Below are positions 1 to 8,685 of a DNA stretch of 64,000 nt, piece by piece. The notes beneath the pieces were generated by a model. That model saw only the letters and a list, made by a program, of their open reading frames with translations. It made no database searches and was not told where the DNA came from. Location: IMG/VR virus record IMGVR_UViG_3300031576_000001, positions 1 to 64,000 of that record. The stretch is one strand, 5' to 3'. The number at the start of each line of letters is the position of its first letter. Within the stretch, counting starts at the first letter, position 1. The translations under genes and the position numbers were made by a program.

Positions 1-529
1 CTTTCTGACCTGGAGGATCTCTGGGTTCTGGCGTTGCAGGCTGAGAGGGGCGTGAGGGCAAGTCTTGACGCGCTGGACCCCAAGGTGAACCGGGCGATAA
101 CGGTCATGACCCCGGCGCTACCTAGAGGGGGTGGGGCTCGGCTCGCAAAGGCTTGGACGGGGCTTACTAAGGCACCCAAGAAGCTAGACGCTCCTTACCC
201 CTTGTTTCTACGGTCCTTTCGCGACGCCAAGAGTAAGGCGTGGGGCAACCTGGGGAGCACGGACCAGAACTTCCTGAATAAAATAGAGCACGAGATATAC
301 CAAGACCTCGGGGGGGCTCTCGGCGCGGCATCTAACCATTGGGGTACGCCAGCCCCTCCCCGAGGAACTTACCCGAGGGTCGCTGCCTGAGCCTTGGGGC
401 ACAATACGCGCTCGGTTCGTCGCCAGCTTGAAGACGCTGAAAACCACGGAGCCAGGCAAGCCTGACTTTACCACGGTCTTTCAGCGGGTCATCGAAGAGG
501 CTACGGAAAGCTACCTCTCCGTCCGATAA
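1..529 (+). CDS. Hypothetical protein, 5'-truncated by the window, with an apparent frameshift at a G7 run (310-316)
   Basis: Frame 1 is open from 1 to 390. Removing one G from the G7 run gives a protein-like continuation (GLSARHLTIGVRQPLPEELTRG...EEATESYLSVR*) ending near 529. Confidence 0.45.
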
Positions 530-1043
530 GTGTTGATAAATATCTTTTGGCTACTGTCATAAGTTCGCCCGCGCCCCTCCCCAACATGCCGGTCCCCGTG
601 GCTCAGTCCGGGCTAGGGACGTGCCCCGCTTGCTTCCGCCAGCGCAAGCTCCTGCCGGTAGACGGCGATGAGCTTGCCAGTGTAAATCATCGTTACGGTG
701 CGAACGATGACACTCCTGCCCACCATGTGGGAGTACGGTCCCTTGTGCTTCGTTTTCATGTGTACCTCACCTTCTGGACTCTCTTACCCCAGGAGAGCCC
801 AATAGTTCACGGATTTCTTTGTGTTTAGGCGCCAGGGTAATCCAGCGCCCGTGCCAGAACTTTCCAGCGACGATGGGCGTGCCAGCACCCCAAGAGACAC
901 CCCAGCGCCAACACTCCCATGTGAGGGGCGCTTGCACCTACGCCAGCGGCGGCGCACCCCCAGAAACCAGCGAAACAGAAGGCTCTTTGAAGAGCCGCTA
1001 CCCCAAAGTCCCACTGCAAGGTGTGCTTGTTCGGGGGCATGGC

Positions 1044-1553
1044 TCAAAAACCGTGGTGATGGTGCTGAGCCATCCTGGGGAGCCCCTTGGGGGAGGGGAG
1101 GCGAGTGCCCAAGTACTCCCAACCTAGCTTACTCCCTGGGCGGTAACCTATTGTGCTTGTCTTGTCTGCCCCGGAGACAAACAGCAATTGTAGGGCGGTG
1201 TCAGGCATAGCTTCCTCGGGGAGGTCTACCTCTACGGAGAGGTTTCGTTCCTGAAGCGCCTTGACCAGCGACTCCAGGTCAGACGCCTCTTGGGGGGCTT
1301 CGTCCTTGATGGCGGCAATAAGGGCGACCCTGCCGGCGCCTGCCTTGACCAGCTTCAGACGAGCCATGACGGTACCCGAGGTAAAGCGCCAGCCCCCTTT
1401 GGGTGTGTTCTCCCCGGCGAGCTTCAAGACCATCCTGGCTAGCCCCACGGGCGAGCGCACCGAGGAGACTTCCGGCTTGGAGCCAGGGTAAATGCGTAGA
1501 ACCTCTGCGCAGAGGTCCGAAGGGGTAACCGGGGGGTGCTTTCTCGTTGTCAT
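1044..1553 (-). CDS. Hypothetical protein
   Basis: 169-aa ORF; the GGTGTA promoter-like motif lies 11 nt upstream of the ATG. Confidence 0.65.
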   Translation of the reverse strand: MTTRKHPPVTPSDLCAEVLRIYPGSKPEVSSVRSPVGLARMVLKLAGENTPKGGWRFTSGTVMARLKLVKAGAGRVALIAAIKDEAPQEASDLESLVKALQERNLSVEVDLPEEAMPDTALQLLFVSGADKTSTIGYRPGSKLGWEYLGTRLPSPKGLPRMAQHHHHGF

Positions 1554-1600
1554 CCCCCCTAGTGTACACCGCTGGCTAGGCTAGCTGCCAGCCCCCTCCC

Positions 1601-2101
1601 TCACTCCGAGCAGTCCTCCAGGGAGTCGAGCCAACGCCCCCTCACGTCGTCGAGGAAACTCTTGTCATCGTTGAGCACCTGGAGAGTGTCCGCCAACAAT
1701 TCCACGTCGTCCCCCGACTCGTGAAAGGTCACCCACCCCCGGGTAACCCAGACGTGCTCGTCCGGGGTAGGACCGTCATCGCGAGGGTACTCTTGGGTAA
1801 CTTCAGCCTCGACCGTGAGGTCGAAGCCGTCGTAGTTGAACGTGAACTCGTGCTGGCTCTTGTAGGGCATGATGACTCCTCTTACGCTGAGAGGTCGCGG
1901 GGGTTCACGTAAAAAGCAGCAGTGACCCGCCACGTCCGCGACGAGCGCCCGGTCAGCGTTGAGCCGGGCGATCTCGTCGTCGCTCAGCTCTGTCTCGTCG
2001 TCGCGCCAGGCGTTGACAATCACGGTCTCCTCCACGGTGGGCGACGAGACCACCAGATAGAGACCGTTGTGCTTGAACGTGTACGTGAATGCGTGGGACA
2101 T
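1601..2101 (-). CDS. Two small acidic paralogous proteins joined in frame (second start about 1870)
   Basis: Both halves share a F.F...G..L.V ... EL..D....LN.D....DV.G pattern, and each has its own GTGAAC-N16-CGTAA promoter. Confidence 0.6.
   Translation of the reverse strand: MSHAFTYTFKHNGLYLVVSSPTVEETVIVNAWRDDETELSDDEIARLNADRALVADVAGHCCFLREPPRPLSVRGVIMPYKSQHEFTFNYDGFDLTVEAEVTQEYPRDDGPTPDEHVWVTRGWVTFHESGDDVELLADTLQVLNDDKSFLDDVRGRWLDSLEDCSE
1882..1908 (-). promoter_or_regulatory. ECF-sigma-type promoter, copy 1
   Basis: Minus strand reads GTGAAC-cccgcgacctctcag-type 16-nt spacer-CGTAAGAGG; the pattern is conserved in 4 copies. Confidence 0.7.
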
Positions 2102-2109
2102 AACCCCTC

Positions 2110-2136
2110 TTACGCTGAGAGGTTGGCAGGGTTCAC
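2110..2136 (-). promoter_or_regulatory. ECF-sigma-type promoter, copy 2
   Basis: GTGAAC-N16-CGTAAGAGGGGTT followed directly by ATG 2101. Confidence 0.7.
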
Positions 2137-2317
2137 GGTTTTCTGTCAGGGTCTCTTTGTACCCACTGAGCTTCCATACACTTTCACGGTTTCCGTGTTC
2201 TGCTCACCTGAGTCCCCCTCCAGGGGCTCAGTGATAAAAACATCGTAAATAGTGGCAGGGTCATCTTTGACCTGTATGGAAACGCTGTATAGGTTAGGTA
2301 GGACTACCAACCCCCCT

Positions 2318-2650
2318 CTAGGGGTCGAGGGTTACCTTCCAAGAGGTAGGACCGAGGGTGCGGGGCAGCGGGTTCTTGATGTTCCGCCAAGAGGGGGCAG
2401 CACCGACAGAGGCAATCTTGACCACCTGTGACCATACGCGACCATCGCATTGTACGGTGACCTCTTCGGCGCGGTAGACGCCCGCGACTTGCAAAGCCTC
2501 GGTTCTGCCCTTGCGCTTCCTTGTGAAGACCGCCGGGGGGAGGATGACACGCTCGCCTAGCCGTAGGCGCCCACAGACCCCGCTACGTGCGGTAAAGGGT
2601 TCCTTGAGGTCCGCGAACACAAAGAGGGTGAGAATGTCAACCATCGGCAA
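2318..2650 (-). CDS. Hypothetical protein
   Basis: 110-aa ORF overlapping the stop of the upstream gene. Confidence 0.5.
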   Translation of the reverse strand: MPMVDILTLFVFADLKEPFTARSGVCGRLRLGERVILPPAVFTRKRKGRTEALQVAGVYRAEEVTVQCDGRVWSQVVKIASVGAAPSWRNIKNPLPRTLGPTSWKVTLDP

Positions 2651-3230
2651 GCCAAGCCCCCCTCGTTAGCTCGGGCACTTCCACGGCGCGTGCCCAGGGG
2701 GCAGACTTGATCACGATGACCCCCTGTTGGTCTAGCCCCGTGAGTACCAGGGAGACCGCTGCCATGAAGTCGTCGGAGCACACCGTGGCTACCGTGACCG
2801 CTGGTGTCGTGCTCAGGCGTACACTCTTGGTGCGCCCCCCCAGGCAGACCGCCGACCTGTCTACCCCCAGGGCAGCCGCAACCACCTCAGTCGTGGTGCT
2901 AGTGAAAGGTAGGGAAGCCACCCACACGTAGGTAGGTATATCCTTCAAGGTGAAGCACGGTAGCCCCTCGGTTACTCGCTCGTCCCCAACGAGAACCTTT
3001 ATGTGTGCCACCAGCGACAGACAAGCCAGGGCCGCCAAGAGGTTCACCGCGTCTAGGTTGGCTGCCTCGGTCACGACTTCACAGGGTCCAAGCTGTACCC
3101 TGACCGTGTAGAACCAGTCCCCATTCGTGAGGTACTTACCGTAGAGGGACGCCCCCGTAACTTCGGGCACAAAGGGCTTTATTAGGTCGAGTGTGTCTCT
3201 AGGCATGTGGTCTTTTCCGTGGTGGGTCAT
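2637..3230 (-). CDS. Hypothetical protein, paralog family member 3
   Basis: Contains VVAAALGVDRSAV..G...VL..L...G.I, shared with the two upstream genes; ATG 3230 overlaps the upstream stop. Confidence 0.7.
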   Translation of the reverse strand: MTHHGKDHMPRDTLDLIKPFVPEVTGASLYGKYLTNGDWFYTVRVQLGPCEVVTEAANLDAVNLLAALACLSLVAHIKVLVGDERVTEGLPCFTLKDIPTYVWVASLPFTSTTTEVVAAALGVDRSAVCLGGRTKSVRLSTTPAVTVATVCSDDFMAAVSLVLTGLDQQGVIVIKSAPWARAVEVPELTRGAWLADG

Positions 3231-3808
3231 ATCCACCCCTGCTTGTATTTGAGGTTGAGGCTCAGAATACCCTGGGCCTCTAGCGCTTGTAGGACAGCGC
3301 AAGTCCCCGCGACGCGCTCACTGGCGTAGTAGTCCCCGACACCAAAAACTCGTACAGGGCTCGCTAGCGTCGGTAGGCTGACCATGGCAACCCTCCCCGG
3401 GAACACCGCAGAGCGATGCACCCCGCAAGCCGCCGCCATGACCCCCCCGTGGTCTGCCTCTCTTGGTACAGCCCTCACCCAAGACACGGTGGGTAGCAAA
3501 GAACCCCGGTTGACTGCCTCCTCGGGGGTCATGTCCCGCAAAGGCTTGCGCAAGCGCGCCTCGACCCGGTGGGTGCTCTCCAAGAGGTCTAGCAGCACCA
3601 GCAGCGCCGCTGCCTCCAGGTTGAGCGCCTCTTGCCCCCAGAACATCGAGCAAAGGCGCACGCCCACAATGTAACCCGGTTGCCCGTGCAAGTAGGTGTG
3701 AGTCTCGGTTACCTCTGTTACCGCAGGCTCAAAGAACCGGAAGAACGTGAGGAGCGACGAGGGCTCTCCTGCGGCAGCCCGACGAGCCAGGTATTCCGCC
3801 CGGGTCAC
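3227..3808 (-). CDS. Hypothetical protein, paralog family member 2
   Basis: Contains VMAAACGVHRSAVFPG...VLQALEAQGIL. Confidence 0.7.
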   Translation of the reverse strand: MTRAEYLARRAAAGEPSSLLTFFRFFEPAVTEVTETHTYLHGQPGYIVGVRLCSMFWGQEALNLEAAALLVLLDLLESTHRVEARLRKPLRDMTPEEAVNRGSLLPTVSWVRAVPREADHGGVMAAACGVHRSAVFPGRVAMVSLPTLASPVRVFGVGDYYASERVAGTCAVLQALEAQGILSLNLKYKQGWI

Positions 3809-4386
3809 CCCAAACCCCCAAGGGTGATGATGCCCCGCGAGGCGAGAACGCTGAGCACCGCGTAAATGGCGGACTCTGCCACGGTGCCTTCATTGCAAGG
3901 CACCCGGACCTCCAGGGAATTGCTGAGCATCACGCTCACAGAAGAACGTGAGCCGGGCAGCCCGCCCACCACAACCCCGCACAAGGGCACCCCCAGCGCC
4001 GCCGCGACCACCCCGCGCCACCCCTCCTCCGGGGTCACGTCCACTACCCAGTCGTGGGTCGGAATCAATCCACTGTTGCTGCCACCTTGACCTTCGCACC
4101 AAGAGGGGACGGGTGCTTTCGGACCCGTAATCTCTAGTAGCCCCGTGTACTCCATGACCCCCAGCGTGGCGAGCAGAAGCAAGCCCTCGGGGCTACGCGC
4201 CCTTGTACGCGACGAGAACTGCCCGCCCGACCGCGGGTTCATCCCGATGGCAACGGACTCCAACACGCCCCCTTCTAGCGCGGCCTGGCGGTAGCTCGCG
4301 ATGGTGGGGGCGAACCGCTGGACCACGGAGAGGTAGGTGGGGTCGGGCTCGGGGGCAGGGGACTCGGTAGCTGAGGGCGTTGTCAT
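3805..4386 (-). CDS. Hypothetical protein, paralog family member 1
   Basis: Contains VVAAALGVPLCGVVVGG...VLSVLASRGII. Start moved to ATG 4386 because GGTGTA lies 11 nt upstream. Confidence 0.7.
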   Translation of the reverse strand: MTTPSATESPAPEPDPTYLSVVQRFAPTIASYRQAALEGGVLESVAIGMNPRSGGQFSSRTRARSPEGLLLLATLGVMEYTGLLEITGPKAPVPSWCEGQGGSNSGLIPTHDWVVDVTPEEGWRGVVAAALGVPLCGVVVGGLPGSRSSVSVMLSNSLEVRVPCNEGTVAESAIYAVLSVLASRGIITLGGLG

Positions 4387-4935
4387 AGACCCCACTGTAC
4401 ACCACCCCCTCGCTTCTCGCCAAACACGCCTTGCGCAACTGGCACAGAGGGTGTACAACCCCCGAGCCGGTTGTGTTTCATCCGGTACGCCCCCGCTAAT
4501 CACGGGGTCACCGTGCTCCCCCAGGCTAGTCCTGGGAACCCCCTCTCGGTCTGTCGGGGGTAGGCTCTTTGACAAGATGGGTAAGCTAAGCTCGGCGGCA
4601 GAAGCCCCTGCCAGTCTCTACCAAGAGGCTGGGGCAGGGCTAACCGATGGGTCTACGGGGGACTTCGACCCCCGGTGACCTACGCCGAGAATCCAGCCCT
4701 CCACGCACCTCCCCGTGCTCTACGCCTTCGGGCACCTAGAGCTACGGGGTTGAAACGTAGCCTCTCAGGAGAGGCTACTGGCATCACGGTGGAGGTCTCC
4801 CCGGTCAGCACAGGGTTGCAGTTGGCACAACCGCTGCAAGTGCTTCGATCCGGGGTCTAGGAAGTCAGGGAAGGTACGGTGTAGGACGCATACTACACTT
4901 ACCTACACCCTCCATATCACCTCCTCGGTTTCGTA

Positions 4936-5293
4936 GGGGGGTAGGGGGGTTAACCTTAAACGGTCTGTACTAACAGTACAGACCTAATTTCCTAGAGGAT
5001 CTCTCTTCATAGAAACACAAACCCTTGTGTTTCTAAGTCTGAAGAGGATCTTAGAGCCCCAAACACTAAAGAAAACAGCAATGATAACGCAAATAGTCCA
5101 ACAATAAGTCCAAATAGTCCAGCAAAAGATACAGAAACAGAAACAAATACCGCAAATAGTCCAACAGAAACCGCAAATACAGCAAGTCCAAGTAGTTCAG
5201 CAAACCGTTCAAGTACCTCAGCAAGTGCAAACGCAGATACAGACGATACGAGCGATGATAGTAGAGCGAGTAAAGTTAACCCCCCTACCCCCC
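4936..5293. repeat. 19-bp perfect inverted repeat (GGGGGGTAGGGGGGTTAAC / GTTAACCCCCCTACCCCCC) enclosing an A-rich tract with CAAATAGTCCA repeats; candidate replication origin
   Basis: Arms at 4936-4954 and 5275-5293, internal hairpins, strong strand bias, located between divergent gene blocks. Confidence 0.6.
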
Positions 5294-5664
5294 ACGGTCA
5301 AAAAACACCCAGGGTCACTTGAGACCCACCCGGAGTAGGCTACGCCCTCTAGGTAAGAAGATACTCCCCCTACCCCCTCTTAGGTAAGAAGATACCCAGA
5401 GGAGGTTCTCAGAGAAAAACTGAGAAAAGCCCTTGCAAGTATCTCTTAGTTGAAGTAGAGAAGTACCGACAATTGCAGACTCCTTCTAAGTGAGAGATCA
5501 CCACGGGGCCGATCTGCGTCTAAAATACGGAAACCACGGAGAGAGACCGTGGAAAAGCGGGTCAGAGAGAGACTGACCACAAGTTAAAGCCCCAGTAAAC
5601 CCCCATATAAGGCTCCTACACGCTGTCTCACTAGAGAAGACGGGGCACAAGCTCGGATGGGGAA

Positions 5665-5701
5665 GCCAGCAGCGAAATTGATGCCTTCGGGCGTTGAGCA
5701 C
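5665..5701 (+). CRISPR. Solitary CRISPR repeat-like unit (I-B/Myxan-like)
   Basis: TGATGCCTTCGGGCGTTGAGCAC matches the repeat core at 52796-52831; flanked by near-identical ~20-nt direct repeats (5660-5680 and 5702-5721). Confidence 0.6.
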
Positions 5702-6352
5702 GGGAAGCCTCAGCGAAATTGCAGTAAAGAAGCACAGCAGCAAGGCAGAGAGAGACTGCCGTAGAAAAGCTCGAAAAGAGCACCCAGACCTCAGAGCGAG
5801 ACTGAGGACCAGCGAAGCTACTACAGAGCACACCTACCTACCTCTTAGGTGGAGGGCTCAAACACGTCTTGGAGCGAGACCAAGAAGCCAAAGCAGTAAA
5901 GGTTATCGCGGACTACCCTCTAAGCCGACCCCACTATGGGGGTCCACCGTGGGTAGGAGTACTCTCAAGTGTTCTCAGGTAAGAGTGTAAGCCTTGCCCT
6001 GAGAGTGCGAGAGAAAGACGGGATAGTAGTGTGAAGAGAGGGCTTCGCCCTCTAAGTAGAGAAGACTCCCCTGGTCAGGTGGAAATGTGGTCTAGTGTCA
6101 TCTACACTCTAGGTGAAGATGGCGAAACTAGACGCATGGTTCTACGCGATTCTCCTGGCGGTATTTCTGGCTTGGAGGGTCAAGGAGCACCTGAGACGGT
6201 AGTATTGCCTTCATGTGGGGTGGTAGCGCACTTCTGGTTATTCAGGGTGACATTGCCCTATCAAAGTGATTGAATTTCTTGCCAAGCTACGAAGAAGCGT
6301 GCAAGGTGGCGCACAGTCGATCTGGATCAGGGGTTCGACTGAGGAGGCGCAC

Positions 6353-7192
6353 ATGGCGAAGCAGTTGCGGGAGACGGCGATACCTAAAAACGACACGGAG
6401 CTAGTCAAGCTCTACGGGGAGGCTCTGGCATGTTTTGTGGGGCGCCTGGACAAGGGGCGCAAAGGGGGTGATGATCTTCTTCAGCACGTCTACCTCCAGG
6501 TCGTTCACCAGAAGGTGCTGGAGAAGTACCGGGCGAAGATCGCCTCTTTGCAAGAGGTGGTGACGATCCGCCGGTTCAAGCAAGAGATCACGGGGGCTGA
6601 GGCGGCAGCCTACCTGGGGGTCAAGTTCGTGGTCCTGCGGATCTGCTTCTGGCGTAGGGTCAACGGTGACCGTAGGTTCAAGAAGGGCGTCCCCCAGAGC
6701 TTCAAGGATGGGGTCAACGGCGTGCTCCCCATTGAGGAGTTCTGGCGCCAGCCCCCCCGGTGGATTCCTCCCCCTCTTCGCGGTATGCCCTGCTCCCCCA
6801 AGGCGGTCTACCGCACGGCAGACGTACTCACCTTCGACTCCCTCAAACCCTTTCGCACCCAAACCGACCGCGCCCCCCTCCCCGAAGAAGTCGTGACCGA
6901 CGTGAACGTGTCCCCCGAAGGTAAAGTGACCATGAGTTTCTGGTCCTACCTGGCGCGCGCCGTGCATAACATCTTCGCTAACTGGTGCCGGACGGCGTAC
7001 CGTAAGAACAAGGAGCGTTTTCTGGGGGAGTCGTGGGAGGAGACGTTCACGGGGGACGATGAGACCTTCTCTTGGTCGGAGCGGTTGTCGGACCCGTTCT
7101 CAGTTTCCCGAATTGAGGCTGGGGTGGAGCTACGCCAGGCGGGCCTTGAGGCGGTCAACGACGCAGCCAAGCGTGTCTTATCCCGCGTGTAG
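6353..7192 (+). CDS. ECF-sigma region-2-like protein with a large internal insertion
   Basis: LVKLYGEALACFV...DDLLQHVYL (regions 2.1-2.2) and SFWSYLARAVHNIFANWCR (2.3-2.4); RBS GAGGAGG before ATG 6353. Confidence 0.55.
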   Translation: MAKQLRETAIPKNDTELVKLYGEALACFVGRLDKGRKGGDDLLQHVYLQVVHQKVLEKYRAKIASLQEVVTIRRFKQEITGAEAAAYLGVKFVVLRICFWRRVNGDRRFKKGVPQSFKDGVNGVLPIEEFWRQPPRWIPPPLRGMPCSPKAVYRTADVLTFDSLKPFRTQTDRAPLPEEVVTDVNVSPEGKVTMSFWSYLARAVHNIFANWCRTAYRKNKERFLGESWEETFTGDDETFSWSERLSDPFSVSRIEAGVELRQAGLEAVNDAAKRVLSRV

Positions 7193-7200
7193 TGGGAAAG

Positions 7201-8319
7201 ATGACTCTAGCTCCGCTACGTCAAAAGTTTGCTGCGCTCTGCCGTGACCTGTACAGAGCGCGTCCCGTGGTTCAACGGTACGCCTCACTCATGACCCGGC
7301 TAGCGTTCAACACGGACTCTGCGAAGTCCTTGGGTCATGGAGTCTACCGCGTCCTTGTGGACATTGGAATCCAGGGGATGCCCGAGGTCCACGGCAAAGC
7401 CCCGACCCCGAGGCAAGCGTTGCCCTCCTCTTACGGAGCAGACTGGGGGCAGAAGGCGTTTCGCACTGTGCTGAAGTACACACGCAGCGAGGACGCCGCC
7501 GAGAACGTCTGCATGGACTTCTTGGTAGACTTCCTGTCCCATGGCAAGCAAAAGGTGGACCGTGACAAGACCGCTCCCCAGGTTTTGCAATGGGTGATGA
7601 CCTCTTTGGTGAGGGCGGCGATTGACGCTGGGCGTAGGAAGAATCGTGCGCCAGGGGAAGAGTCGATGACGGTGGAGGACGAGGGGGGTGGAGGCTTTAG
7701 TCAACGGGACGTGGTGATGCAGACGGACCTTGAGGGTGTGCTGGGCACGCTAGAGACGTTCAGCGAGGCGTGGCTCAATGCGCTCCTTGAGCGGGAGAAG
7801 CCAGCGCTGGACAAGATTCATCCGGACGCCTACGACTACCTGACCCTTCTCTTGGAGAGTGACATGACGGACCAAGAGATTCTTGGTTTTCGTCAGGGTA
7901 AGCCGGTGGGACCGCCCAAGACCCCGTACCTACGCAAGATATACCCGGGGGGCGCGCTCCCCTCCATGTGGTCCGCCTACAAGAAGAAGATTTTCCAGCA
8001 CTTGAAGAAGGTCATCGAGTCTGGGGCAGTACCCATGGGCGGTATGCTTGGCCTTGGCGCCGTCAACCGCCTCTTTGATCAGTATGAGAAGACCGAGAGG
8101 GAGGGTGGTGACGTGACCTTCCTCTTGGGTCGGCTAGAGAGTCTCTTGTCAGCCTCACCGCAAGCAACGGCGCCCCTGTCCCTGGTAAGGGACGCTCTTG
8201 ACGCAGCGCGTAACGCCCCGTCTGAACCGGACGAGCGTGAGTTTTATATGAGCCAGGCGCGTCAAGAGCTAAGCAAGATGCAAAGAACCTCTCCGTGGTT
8301 AGTGTACCTTCGCACATGA
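7201..8319 (+). CDS. Sigma-factor-like protein (region-2-like segment)
   Basis: AFRTVLKYTRSEDAAENVCMDFL...LQWVMTSLVRAAIDAGRRKNR resembles ECF sigma region 2. Confidence 0.5.
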   Translation: MTLAPLRQKFAALCRDLYRARPVVQRYASLMTRLAFNTDSAKSLGHGVYRVLVDIGIQGMPEVHGKAPTPRQALPSSYGADWGQKAFRTVLKYTRSEDAAENVCMDFLVDFLSHGKQKVDRDKTAPQVLQWVMTSLVRAAIDAGRRKNRAPGEESMTVEDEGGGGFSQRDVVMQTDLEGVLGTLETFSEAWLNALLEREKPALDKIHPDAYDYLTLLLESDMTDQEILGFRQGKPVGPPKTPYLRKIYPGGALPSMWSAYKKKIFQHLKKVIESGAVPMGGMLGLGAVNRLFDQYEKTEREGGDVTFLLGRLESLLSASPQATAPLSLVRDALDAARNAPSEPDEREFYMSQARQELSKMQRTSPWLVYLRT

Positions 8320-8582
8320 CGGACGTTGAGTTTACCGTGTTGGCGCGTGGCGTCCCTTACTGGGTCAAGGTCAGACTGGACATCACCCCGGAGAGGGGCG
8401 TGCCTCAACCTACGCTGGCGGGACCGAAGGTAAGGGAGACGTGCAAGGTGAGCGTGACCAGCATTGTTTGTGAGGGGGGTATCTTGTCGGAGAATGCCGC
8501 GCAGCTTTGGTTGCACCAGCACGGGGGTACCATGCTACGCCGGCTGGACGAGGTACGCCTGGCCAAGTGCAAGCCCAACTGA
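8316..8582 (+). CDS. Hypothetical protein
   Basis: Coupled to the upstream gene by an ATGA overlap. Confidence 0.5.
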   Translation: MTDVEFTVLARGVPYWVKVRLDITPERGVPQPTLAGPKVRETCKVSVTSIVCEGGILSENAAQLWLHQHGGTMLRRLDEVRLAKCKPN

Positions 8583-8685
8583 GAGGGGGGTGCCCCGTGG
8601 AAGACAACACTTGATGCAAGACGGCAGCTAGCCTGTAAATCACCGTGGACAGGACGAGCCTCTTGGGTGTATACCTCCCCGCAAG

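Noticed and set aside
4996-5386. Stop-free Asn/Ser/Thr-rich frame in the origin-like region
   Set aside because: No start codon or RBS at its 5' end; openness is explained by the scarcity of T on this strand.
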